Shown: piece by piece, positions 25,947 to 37,734 of the stretch
Layout of the letters: every line of letters starts with the position of its first letter
Numbering within the stretch: the first letter of the stretch is position 1
Assembly (NCBI GenBank): GCA_000320545.1
Contig: ADNK01001011.1
Span: forward strand, 1 to 54,877
DNA: 54,877 nucleotides
From: Bigelowiella natans CCMP2755
Lineage: Eukaryota; Protista; Cercozoa
Reading direction: 5' to 3'
Made by a program: the position numbers and the translations under genes
The notes under the pieces: model-generated
What the model saw: only the letters and a program-made list of their open reading frames with translations
What the model was told of the DNA's origin: nothing
Databases searched by the model: none

Positions 25947-27722
25947 ATGTCCAAGCTTCGTGTGTTCGGCACGAAGAACGGACAATTTAACGACAAGGGC
26001 AAGGCATTTACCTTCTTTGATTCATGGGAGGTTGACCGTGTGGCAAAGCGTGCTCTGAAGAAGGTGCACGGAATAGATCACTGCAGCTCAGAAGGCGAAT
26101 CTCCTGCTGCCGAGATCGTTGTGGGAGGAACGGTGTACGTCGTCGTCCTTTCCGATGAGTACAAGAATCAGTACGTAGAAGCAGAGGTAAATGAGATCCT
26201 CGACGACGGAAAGTTGGACGTCACAATCAGAGAAACAGAACTCGCTGAGAAAGCCGGCGTCAACGGTGTGCAGATCGAAAGTTGTGATAGGAAGTACATA
26301 AAGGTTCCAGGGGAAGCAGACTTCGACCCCTTCTCGAGCCTCACGCCAAAACTATTCTGCGACGGTGCTGAGATTTCGGACGTGAAAAAATTGAAATCGG
26401 ATAGCATCGTTGTGGTGTCACGTGGCGAGCGGTTGATTAAGAAGAAAGTAGCTGATTCTCACAATGGACAGAAGCTTAGCGTCGCCAGTGCGACGTGCAA
26501 ATTGTGTGTTTCGAAATCAGTTTGCAAGAGGTATCGCTATAGCAGTCAGAAAGAGGGACTAACGGAACTGGAACCCCTGGAAGGCGCGTTTGAGTTGTGG
26601 CTTTTGCAGCCTGAAAAAAAGGGTGAGGGGGAGAACAAACTCTTGATTCGCCTGGGAAACGACCATCAGATCATACTTGAGCCGAACATGCCGTGTGTGC
26701 GGCCAGACTGTGACTCGTGCCAGTTCATTCTTACGTCCAGAAAGCTGTTTAATTTCAAGACCGACGAGAACATTATTTACTGTATCCGGTTAGGAGGAGG
26801 AGGAGGAGGAGGAGGAGGAGGAGGGAGCAACGCAGCGTTCAATGACAAATGCCTCAGAATTGCCGAGTCAGAATTCCAAGAGCATGTAAACTTAATCCTT
26901 GCACCAGATAGCAGTCTTGAAGATAGCTTAGCTTTGACAATTAAAGCCTTGCCAGACCGTATCGCTTCCGTTGGTGATAAAGTAGCATCTGCAGTAGAGA
27001 AAGGCGGCTTGTCTGCCGTGAGTGGAATTAGAAAAGCAGCTAGCGGCACTGGGAAAGCTTTAAAATCCGGCGCGGAGTTTCTAAAATCAAAGATCAAGCA
27101 GAAGGAGCAGCCAGTAACCATCTCGAACGAGACGAAGATGAGAATGAAAACTGCGAAGGTGGTCGCGGGGGGTGCTGTGACCGTCACGAAAGCGCTGATG
27201 ACAGGGGCGCGGACAACTGCGCAAATGATATCGAGGGAACTTGCAAGTGCTGCCGAAAAAACGGACATAGGTCGCAGGTACGCCAACTCCGATAATAAGA
27301 GAGTAGCGGCTGCCAAGAATCTTACGAAATCGGCGGTAAGCTCAGCTGCTTCTGTATGGGAGGCTGCTGTTGATGCTGGCCTATCAGTTCTAAAGGACAT
27401 CTCATCAGCCACCGGAGAGATCCTTGAGCATCGATATGGAGCTGACGTGGGAGAGGTAGCAAGAGATGGGGAACAGGTCATTAGCAGTATGGCGGAGTCG
27501 GCACGAAATATAAGTAAGGTTGGCGTTACGGCAATGGCAAAGACGGTGATTCGAGGCTCAGCTGTTGAGTTCTGTACAGACCCGTCAGAGCGAAAACAGC
27601 AGACACCTGAGTTAGATACGAATACTGCTATGACCTTGGCACTGCTCTCCTCTCAATTGCCCGCAGCAGCTGCGGCCTCATCGCCAGCGGTTTCGCCGCC
27701 TCCGCGTGAGGATGGAGAGTGA
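25947..27722 (+). CDS. Senescence/spartin-domain protein with an N-terminal DCX/KHA-like domain carrying a Tudor-like insert; intronless
   Basis: 591-aa ORF. The C-terminal Ala/Ser/Gly-rich amphipathic region contains EQPVTIS..KTAKVV..VWEAAVDAG..TGEILEHRYGADVGEVA, typical of the Senescence domain. The N-terminus has LRVFGTKNG..GKAF and KLFCDGAEISDVKKLKSDSIVVVSRGE. Confidence 0.8.
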   Translation: MSKLRVFGTKNGQFNDKGKAFTFFDSWEVDRVAKRALKKVHGIDHCSSEGESPAAEIVVGGTVYVVVLSDEYKNQYVEAEVNEILDDGKLDVTIRETELAEKAGVNGVQIESCDRKYIKVPGEADFDPFSSLTPKLFCDGAEISDVKKLKSDSIVVVSRGERLIKKKVADSHNGQKLSVASATCKLCVSKSVCKRYRYSSQKEGLTELEPLEGAFELWLLQPEKKGEGENKLLIRLGNDHQIILEPNMPCVRPDCDSCQFILTSRKLFNFKTDENIIYCIRLGGGGGGGGGGGSNAAFNDKCLRIAESEFQEHVNLILAPDSSLEDSLALTIKALPDRIASVGDKVASAVEKGGLSAVSGIRKAASGTGKALKSGAEFLKSKIKQKEQPVTISNETKMRMKTAKVVAGGAVTVTKALMTGARTTAQMISRELASAAEKTDIGRRYANSDNKRVAAAKNLTKSAVSSAASVWEAAVDAGLSVLKDISSATGEILEHRYGADVGEVARDGEQVISSMAESARNISKVGVTAMAKTVIRGSAVEFCTDPSERKQQTPELDTNTAMTLALLSSQLPAAAAASSPAVSPPPREDGE

Positions 27723-28820
27723 TCTCGATTCCTGAAGGGGCAAATGAAAAAAAATATACAAATAGATTTAATGAGATTATGTATTCTGAACAATTCTTGA
27801 AAAGCAACATGCTACTGTTATCGTTATCGTTCTCTTCGTCGATTCTGGATTTAATTTTCTTGCGATTATTAATTATTGATCCTCCCTAACATACTTGAAT
27901 GCACAAGAGATATCAATCACTTGCTTGCGTGTCGTTGCACGACCCCTTATTCTGTAACCATCGCTCGCCACCATATCCGATGCACCGCGGCGCCATGTCT
28001 TTTCACGCACCTTAAATTTGTAGTGTCAGATCTGGTTAGCTGCGCGATATACGAAGCCTGCCCCGCGCTAGCGCGCGAAGATATCTAGATGCATATGCAA
28101 TCACCAAAATTGGTATATCATAAGACTAAGCGCTATACGCCTAGTTTATCATGTGAGGCCCGCGGGTTTGCCTTCAATCGTGGCTAGCTGTAGCTGTGCG
28201 GTAAACACGCTAGCACGGCATATATACGACTATTGTAATGCTATGTTATCGCTAGCGCAAGTCACAAAAAGATTTATCTTGCAAGCATCTAGCGTAGCTG
28301 CTGTCGCTATTATTAACCACATATATGCTGACAGAACGCACACGCGCAGGCGCGATAAGCCTTTATCACAGCGATAGAATGGAGCATCATATAGGTATTA
28401 GCATGGCGAGTTGCAGACTGCATGGAGTGAAGAAATAGAATACACTGCTCATTCATGATAGGCTACATTCACAGGTTACAATTCTAAGAAATACCTGAAT
28501 TAAACGGGTTAGAAGCTGCGTTATACTACTCTCACATAAGATCGCTCTGCTTCCTCCAATCATACTGCGATACGTGAAATATACCGCTATCTTCTTGCGT
28601 GCTTGTGTTGTTTAGGATGAATAAATGGTGAGGAGGTCTCTTCTGCCAACGTAATCCTCGTTATCTTACTATATACGTGGTGTATGCGTTCCTCCGTCCC
28701 CGAAGCGACGCTACTGCTGCTGCTGCTACTGCTGCTGCTGCTGCTGGCTACTGGCTAGTGCCGACTAATAGCAATGCTGACTTTGACGTTTTCTGCTATA
28801 TGCTCCTTGCTACCTGACCA

Positions 28821-31800
28821 TCAATCGTATTTGGCCTCTGGATCTCCCAGCGGAACTAATGTGATCCCTGCAACGCTGCTGCCCCCTCCCCTTCGCTTGC
28901 CAAACGAGTCCCCGCAGGTGCAGAAGACGAGGAGGAGGATGGCGAAGCTCGTCGCCAGCACGGACTTGTGCGCGTACCACGCGCGGTCGGAGCGCGTCTG
29001 GTAGCCCTTGCAGAGCTTCTGCACGCGGAATGAGACCGATCCAGAGGGCTCGAGAGGAATCACCACAAGCACCGCGCTAGCGCCTGGCTTCTCGCACTTG
29101 TACTTGAGAATCAGCTCCGCGGACTGGTCAGGCCCGACGACCATGCTGCGCGAGGCCTCCCCTTCGATTGAAGCCGAGCAGGCGCTCTCCCCCTCCAGCA
29201 GCCGAGTTTTCGCCTCTGCGTAGCCGATCTTCTGCATCCCCTGCACAGCGGTGACGTAGAACTTGGTCTCCTCCTCGCTGGAGGAGATCACCCTCGGCTC
29301 GCCCCCCTGCAGAGCGTACTGGGAGGAAGCAGTGTTTAGCTCGACGACATCATTAGCGCCCTTGGTGCTGCCGATGTTAATGAACCCGGTTCCAAGGTCG
29401 GTCACTTGGCTCTCAGCGGCCTTCGCAGCGGAGACGGGATGCGCCTTCCAGTTGACCTCATCGTGCTCGTGCCAGCCCTCGTTGTTGTCCACCTCTCCCA
29501 CGAGGGGGGCGTTTCCGGCTAGGTCATCCTCCAGGTTTTCGGTGTCCATGTTGTCAAAGCTCTCGTCCTCGAAGCCGAAGTGGCTGGCATTGCGGATGCA
29601 CTCGTCGCGCTTGTAGAGCGGGGCGGGGATCGGGTTGCCGTCGATGTCCAGGAGCTCCTGCTCGGGGAGGTCCTCCGCCTTCAGCACCAGGTAGCCGTCC
29701 TCGCACACCTCGCACTCAACGTGCACGGCCTCCTGGTCGGGCGTGACCGTGAACGACATGATGTATTCCCACATCGCTCCGAGGATGGTTTCGGACTCCT
29801 CCGGCGTCTTGTACTGCACGCAGTGCGGGATGTGCTGGTCGTACTCCGCCTCTGCACACACTTTCGTCCAAGTGTAGGACACCTTCCCGCCGTTGGACAT
29901 CGGGATGACGACGGTCACCGCGGTCTCGCCCTCCCAGACGCAGTTGTAGGTGATGTTGATTGCGTGCACCATGTTGTCGACGAGCAGCAGCATCTCGCTC
30001 TCCTGGAAGACGGACCTGAAGCCCTGTGCCTGCACGTACTCAAAGTTGTGCTGCAAGCTTGGGTTGCAGATGGGGCGGTGCGTGAATATCATCGGCTCGA
30101 GCACTGTCACGCCCTTGTCCAGGCGCAGGAAGCTGGACTTTTGGTGCCAGACGAAGAACATCGTCGAATGCTCGAAGGGGTCCACGATAAACCGGCCGCT
30201 GCGCTTTCCAGACTTGTAGGTGCTGAAGGCGTCCTGCGTGTGTCCGTCGTCGACCACGTCCGGCTGGATCATCATCTGCTGGTCTTCACCGGTGTAGTCA
30301 GTGGAGACGTACATACCGCTCGCGAGTTTCTCCTGAAGCCTCATCGCGTCTGCAAGCGAGCGGTCAGCGCGGCATATCTTGGGAACGGTGAAGGTGATGA
30401 AGCCAGATGGCCGGATGGGGATGCGCACGCTGGCCGCTGCTGTTCCGTTGTACTCGCAGTTCCATTGGATGGTGAGACTTGAGATGTCGCCCCGACGGAG
30501 GCGAAGCCCATCAGCCGCGAAGCCCTTCAGGCGAGGGCGAGCGATGGCGTCGTGGTTGTGCACGATCGGTGCGTCAAACTCGATCACCTGAGTTTGCCAC
30601 CCGTCATCCATTCGATTGAAGATAAGCCCCATCTGTCCTTGGTCAACCACCCTGTCTGCCGCATACGATATGTAGAAAGTGCTGTGAGTGGTCTCCGCCG
30701 GCACCGTGATCGCCTTCCAGTCAGGGTTGATGCGATTGCGCTGGCCGAAGTAATGACGTGTCGGATATCCATCGCGCACCACGTTGGAGGAGAACTTCGT
30801 GTAGCCGACGTTGAATCCGGGAAGGTCGACTCCGCCTTCATCGCGGGTGACCTCCAGATGAGGGTTATTGCAGGTTTTGATGAGGTGAAGATGAATCGTG
30901 CTCATGAAGACTTTCTCCCCTCTGACCCCCCTCTCGTCGATATCGTCCTGCACCAGCTTCCAGGGCAGCGCGATAGTGACGAGAGTGCTGCCGCGTTTCT
31001 TGCAGTTGTAGATGAATCCGAGCTTTGCCGCCTTCTGAGTCTGAGTGAGGTTGAAGGGGGCGGGCGTGCCGGTACCGAGCTCCGGGTCGATGATGCTGTT
31101 TCGATGCGCAGTGATCGTTGGCTCTTCGAATATTATCTTCTCCGTAAATCCTACCTGCACTTCCCTTGAGATAACGAATCGGCTAATTGGCACCTCAGGA
31201 CCCACTTCGATCAACTGGCCGTCCGATCCAATGCCCCACGAGTAGTCGTTGCGCGGAATGCCATCCTTGACGACATCGTCCAGCTCGTAGACGCCAATGT
31301 TAAGCCCGTTGACCGTGAGCAGCTTAGGCGTATGGCCCAACTCCTTCGGGTCGCAAAACTTCCTGAATGCGAAGCTCAGCGTGCCGCGGCGGACAAGGGG
31401 AAGGGTCACAATCACGTCGGCTACGCCGGCCCGGATGCAGTTGAAGGTGACGTCCAGGGAGGCGATCTCGCGGTCCTCGAGACGGTTGCCGGCCATGTAG
31501 CTGCCCCTCAGGTCGGGGAACGCGATGGGCCCCTTAGAGTCGGAGTCGGCGAAAACAGTCGGTCTTGAGTACAGCACGTGGAAGTTGTTGTTCATCCCAA
31601 TGTAGAATGTGTAATTCCTCTGACCGCCTGGAACGATAACAGCGCGCGACCGCCTGAGTTTGGTGGACGATGCTTCCTCAAGGGATTCATCAACCTCAGG
31701 GACGAAGTACTCGGGCCGCACGAAGCCGTTGTGGATGACATTGTCGCGGCCGGGGGTGGTGCCGACAGTAAATCCGGGGATGGAGTGACCTTGAGTCCTC

Positions 31801-33839
31801 TGTACTAGTCTTTGCGTCTCAGATGACACCTCGCCGGCACACTCCTTCACGAATTGAAATCGCACGTTGCCTACCGATGTATCAAAGCTCACAGCCACCT
31901 TTGTCTTCCCTGGCTCCTTGCAGTCGAATGACACGCTCAACATCGTTGGGCGCTCAGCTGTCAGTACGTTGAATTCGCCGCCGCTTCCGAGCAGATCCGC
32001 CGTCGCCTTGACGACTGTGGAGTTGTCTGTGAAGACAACCGGCCGTGAGATCTGCATTTTGCTCACGTCTGCGTCCTTCTCCAGAGAAATGTAGAAGTTT
32101 CGCGCGTCCTCATCCGGGCCGATCTTTACCGACCTGGAGTGGCCTTGGTCCCAGCCGCGCTTTACACGTCCCTTCGAAATCACGTCGGAGCCGCCACTCG
32201 TGAGACCGACTCTCAGGTCAGTCATTGAGCCGCGGGATTTCTTGCGGAAGTGGAACAGCGATGAAGAAGAAGATGATGATGATGCTGATGCTGATGATGA
32301 TGATCTCTCAAGCTGAGCATCATCGAGAAATGTGCCCTCTTCTTCGGCAGCATCATTTCTCCCAGCGAGTGCAAAGGCGTCAATCTTGGTGCAGTTCTTG
32401 TGGACGGCGAGGGTGATACGCTCATAGCCGGTCTTGCCATCCATCCCAAACTCGAAGATAATCACCATAGGGTGGACTCCTTTCGCGAGGCACTCAAAGG
32501 TAACTTCCACCTCGAGAGCGTCGCCAATGTCCGCAATGACCTCCTCATCGTCGTCAAAGAGAGATGATGAGCGGGCAGGCCTAGCATATGGCACCGGCAC
32601 CACATCACTGCCCTTTGGCAGCGCGGCGTCCTTCCATCCAACCGTGGCCCGCGCGCCCGGAGCACCATCACCGGGGGACATGACTATGGGGCGTGCCATC
32701 TTTATCTCGTCGGTGAAGCCATCTTCATTGGCCTGCGAGACGTGAAGGGTAAGCGTTGGATATATGTCCGGGGCGATCAGAGCTGATTTCTGAAGCTGCT
32801 GCTGAGACGACGATGCGGAGGAGGAAGAGGAGGAAGACTTGCTGTAATCGGCGCAGACAGCGATGGCCACTATCGCCGCGTCGTTTTTGTTCGATCTACA
32901 CTGCCAACCTTCTGATATGTGCGGATGAGAGAAACTTAAGTGGTCTCCGAGGCGACCGCCGAGGACGTGGCACCCCCCCCCCACTACTTTCTTACGTGAT
33001 GGGCATGCTGCAAGCGCCTCGCCCATCCCCTTCTCGAGGGTACGCTTCACCTCCCGTTTTGTTTTGACACAGATCGCGGACACCTTCCACTCAGCCTCGA
33101 CTGGACCACTTGCCTCGCACCTCCACGCGTACTTGTTGGTTGGGCCGCTGGACTTGACAAGGCGCTGGCTGTTGACTTTGAAGTCGCACCCCCCACCGTA
33201 CGCGATGTAGCCGTCTTTACACCGAGCAGTGCCCGTGGTGTTTCCTGCTGGGACAATAGAGGTCACAACCTCAGACCCGTCATCCAGCTTCGAGTCTGGA
33301 ATGGCGCAGACTGCCGATATCCTCTTGCTACCCCCCCCCCGGCACATGAATCCAAACTTCGACAAAGGGTTCATTACGGCGAACGAATCTGCATGAACCA
33401 AGTGAGGAGGAGGAGGAGGAGCAGGAGGAGGAGGAGGAGGAGGAGGAGGAGCAGGAGGAGGAGGAGGAGGAGGAGGAGGAGGAGGAGGAGGAGAAGGATA
33501 GACGAATAAGAACGCCAAATTGAAGCGAATTGCATTCATTGTGCTTCAGTATTTTCAGTGAAAATAAATGGTAGAAGATCAGGAATTCGAGTTCCCAAAT
33601 ATTTCACAATGCATTCAATGTGAGAGTAGAGAATGATGGCTAATTTATATATCACTCAGCACCTGCCCCAGAACACCCTCCGCTTAAAACAATCTTGCCT
33701 TTTCCGCATTTCTCCACCATAAGGGTCTTCTTTCCGGTGGAGGATTTTAAGTGAAGGCCGTGTGATACCTGCTCACCCAACAGTAGTAGCGAAGAAGAGA
33801 CAACATACAATCAGAACTTCGAGCAGAAGTAGTACACAA

Positions 33840-33880
<41 letters not shown>

Positions 33881-34413
33881 CCACTGAATATATTTGTATT
33901 CGTGTGTACGTGTGCATGCTCTAGAGGATATCATATATATGAACTTACCCCAATCTGATCTGGAGTGATTCCACCTTTCTTATTTTTCCCGATGACAACT
34001 TCGTCATTATACACTAAGTTGCTCAGTGGGTGATTGCCCTCCCCCGTACCAATCGATATATTGAACTTATTCTTCGAAAATTGACGGGATCGAGACATCT
34101 TGCCAAGCCCCCGCGCGGCCTCGGATACTTTAGACCGTCGTTGCTTTCGCTGTCGTTGCCGCTCAGTAACCATATCAGAACCAATACCAGCACTGACGTC
34201 ACTATCCAACCCTTCCCCCATGTTGTCAGAGTCGAGGTTTTCTAGTTCGTCGATTGTGTGTCCTATACCCCCTAAGCGCCCTCCCCTCGGCCTCGAAAAT
34301 TCGTCGAATAAGTTTCTCTGAGCAGAGACTATCGTAGTGCCTAGCAGTAGGATCCCCGTGATTCCCAGAAGGGCCACGGTACTCGACCGCCTACCACCCC
34401 GGAAGTCACACAT
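28821..34413 (-). CDS. ~1710-aa type I membrane (cell-surface/endomembrane) protein with 7 beta-rich repeats and 3 small Cys modules
   Basis: Exons 34413-33949, 33768-33663 and 33388-28821 splice in phase. Signal peptide: ..VALLGITGILLLGTTIVSA. C-terminal TM: SVLATSFAILLLVFCTCG, followed by a short tail. Repeats match IGxxxGxxDVVxxG..FYI..P..LxVxFxCxxxGxxxVxVxIP..F..KxC. Confidence 0.85.
33404..33492. repeat. (GGA)n trinucleotide tract inside intron 33389-33662
   Basis: Visible directly. It produces the spurious poly-Pro start of the 1572-aa ORF. Confidence 0.9.
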
Positions 34414-35273
34414 CTGGAAATAATACCACACGATTAACACAAGCCCTCAGCTGATCGTTGCGGCGAATAGTGGAACAAGATACGCAACTAGAACACTCCA
34501 CAAACTTGAAATCAGAATCTTTGCAACGACCCGATTTTTAAGTTATGAATTCGAGAGGAAAGAATACTAGGTTATCAGCGAGAGCTGAGTTTGAATTCGC
34601 TCCGCTCGCCCAATTCAGGGCGTGATAGTCGCGGGAACCCCCCGAAATCAATATACAGGTGATGAATAGATAAATCCCGTTGCCAGGAAATGCACGGAGA
34701 AATACAGGAAAGACAGAGAGCGACACGGATGTTCAGGGCTCGAGGGGGGTGGCGTCACCTTACAGTGGCACTTTCAGCACGATTTGCCGAATGCCGATGA
34801 ATTATGTTAGGAGAGTCCTGCATTTTACACTGATTCAGGAGCCAAAATGTTGTCGCTGTATATATTTATGATAATAAATCAACCTTCCACTTCATTTCTT
34901 TTCTTCGCTCGTGCGCAGGCCAAAGGTACCGCCAGCGGCGAGAAGATTTGGAGATTTTACTTTTAGTGGTTTTTTATCGTTGCGACACCTATTTTTAGAT
35001 ATTTAGGTGTAATAATACAGGACATTCAGGTACATTTTCTGGTTTCTTTTGCGAATTTCTGTCGGCTGCATAAAATAGACTGATTTTTAGGCCTACGGCA
35101 TCCACAGATAGCTAAGTATCATAGAAATGAACGGCATTTCGTGAAAATATTTTTTTGTTTTTGATGATGGAAAGCAGAGCTTAAAAAGCGTGGAAGCAAG
35201 AAGAGTAGGGAGGGAGAGGGAAAAAAGTGTACCAACTCCTAATTTCATAGCAGCAGGACTTGCGAAACATAAG

Positions 35274-36741
35274 ATGAAAAGGCGCAAAGTTCTCACCAAC
35301 ACTGTGCCGCCATGGGCTTCTATGCTCGAAGAGGGCAAGTCATTCACAAAGAAGAAAGAAAAATCATCTCGATCTCAGAAACCGGTTGTTGGATCAACAA
35401 CTTCCTCATCCACGCCTCCACCATCTACATCATCGTCCACCCCAGCATCTTTAGAGTCAGCTACTGCAGCAGCGCAGAGGATTGCTGCTCAACTTAATGC
35501 CCAAATTCAAGGTGGGAAGCGTCGAACATGAGGAATGTTAATCTACATTTCCGAATTTGATATGTATTACAGCAAAAAAATCCACTGCTATTTCTAATTT
35601 AGGTCAAAAACGTAAGAGAAAGAAGAGTCGCTTCGATGAAAGACCGCCTGCCTCGGACGTTAGGTATTAAACACAGTAAAGAACTGAGTTCCATCACATC
35701 AAAAAGCTATCATCTTGGCCATTGGTGCTGACTTAGTCTGTGGATGTCATTGTTGCCATCTCAATCATGTTGTCAGTGCCACCATCCCTCTTCCAAAGGA
35801 GGAAGACCCCTTGGCCTATCTCACAAATCCTGCTAAAGCACAAGTGAAACTTACTGCTGAGCTTGCAACCCATCCGACGAGGCGAAAGCACCACATCAGC
35901 GATTACCTACCAAAAGAGGTGTTCCTATTTCCTTGCTCGAATCTTTTCCTTGTACTATTCCTCCTCCACATCCCTAGAAACGGTATTTGAAGTGATAGAG
36001 TGCATCCGAGTCAGTAGCCATATCGTATGTTTAGGAATTGGAGAAATTCATGGCCAAGGCGAAGGGGCTCAAAGCGTAATTCACCGCCATCGCATATTCC
36101 GACACAGAAACTTTGTGCAAAATATATCTCATCCCACTTCACCCCCGAGATGACAACGATTCCTGAGCGAGTAATGCACTATTTTTTTTCTCAGAAAACC
36201 TAGTGAAAAGAACAAGATCAAGGCCGACAACAAAGGATTTGGAATGCTGGCGAAAATGGGTTGGAAGGAAGGATCAGGGGTACCATCATTCATCTGAACT
36301 TTAGCTAAAATCTTCCGTTTACTTATCTTCATTGAGAATCGTTTACATGGTCGCCCCCCTTATCTCCTCTTGCAGTTGGGAAAGAGTAGCAAGGGCATTA
36401 CTGCTCCTGTTGCAGCAGGTGGCAGTGCTGTGGTAAGATAATGACTATTGTGATCTTCCAGTAACAAATTTTTACGGGAAATGATCATTGTTTAAGGGAG
36501 GAGCTGGTATCGGCCACCTGGCCCCCACTGACGTAACAGAGAAAGATGATATCTTCACTCAGGTAGTTGGGTTCTATGAGGTCAATATTTTTGCTGGGTG
36601 GCGTCACACATTTTCATTTTTTCTCAGTACAAGAAACGGATGGCCCTAGCGTATCGCTATCGTCCAAATCCCCTGGGAAATCCTCGGACGCCGTACTGGG
36701 AAGATGATGGTATGAACAAAGGCGCGACTCAAAAGTTGTAA
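35274..36741 (+). CDS. SUGP1: SUGP1/SF4-like G-patch splicing factor
   Basis: Spliced exons give KRKRKKSRF, HHISDYLPKEELEKFMAK, the G-patch NKGFGMLAKMGWKEGSGLGKSSKGITAPV, and the diagnostic C-terminus [30 protein letters not shown]. The start is tentative. Confidence 0.85.
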
Positions 36742-37734
36742 CGCAAACACCGATGCTCTTGTCAAGAAACCAGACATTTTCAAAATGCAAATTTAAAAAG
36801 CATGTAGATGCTTGTTCTCATGCGGTGCTTGCGCACACATGCCATAACAACCACGACAATGCGAAGTTCAAACAATTTTAATAATCAGTAGTGCTCAACA
36901 TGGCATGTGATGTTCGCATCGAATGACGCTGTCTCACTGTGCGCGAATGACATCGGCCTGGTGCCCACACGCAAATGCAGCATCCTTGCACATCTAGATG
37001 GCGTGTGGCTCTTGACACTCTCACCCCCCACTACTAGACTATGTAAGACTAGCTAGCTAGCCCATGAAACACACACAGCAAACTCCACGACAACTAGCTA
37101 GCTAGACGACCGCGCCGCGTTCTTGTGGCACGCAAGCTAGCAAGGTGATTGCTAGATTAGCCGAAGCTCACCCGCGACAAGGCGGGGGTTGTGAGTGAAG
37201 CAATTCAACAGGTGCGGTTGAAAGTGTCCTCAGTCACGCTCCCCCCCAATCAACCACATCATCAAGACCTAGCAGAGCAGCAAAGGAATGAAGTGATTTC
37301 AATGAAGAAAGCAAGCATTCGCAGCTCATCTCGTTTCGTCACTGTGACGATCATTTTTGCAAGATGCATGCCATCTTCCTGCTGAGACACATGTGCTTCT
37401 GTGTCTTAGAATCTTAGGAGTCCGCTGACTGAACATTGGGCTATCTGATTCACATTCACATTTGTGCTGGTTCAGAGACATCAGATTCCCCACAATCTAC
37501 CAAGAAAAAAAACGGAGAAGTTCTGGAAGTTGTGCAAAGTGATGTCGCAGATGCAGAATACTAAGAGATTCAGGTGGAAAGTGAGCACATGGCGCACAAA
37601 GTGGGGAAATCCTAGGAAATCCTGGGGAATTGTGCAATACTTAAACACGGAGTGGAAAAAATAACCAGACGTTGCCAGTTCTGCACAATCAGTTTGAGAC
37701 CAAATTCCGAATCTACGAACACGACGAATTCAGC

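Noticed and set aside
29008-33067. Plus-strand ORFs such as 29580-30482 (300 aa) and 30552-31169
   Set aside because: They are antisense shadows of the GC-rich minus-strand exon.
33389-33539. Poly-proline N-terminus of the 1572-aa ORF (formin/extensin-like)
   Set aside because: It lies inside a GT-AG intron (33389-33662) containing a (GGA)n tract. The real N-terminus comes from upstream exons with a signal peptide.
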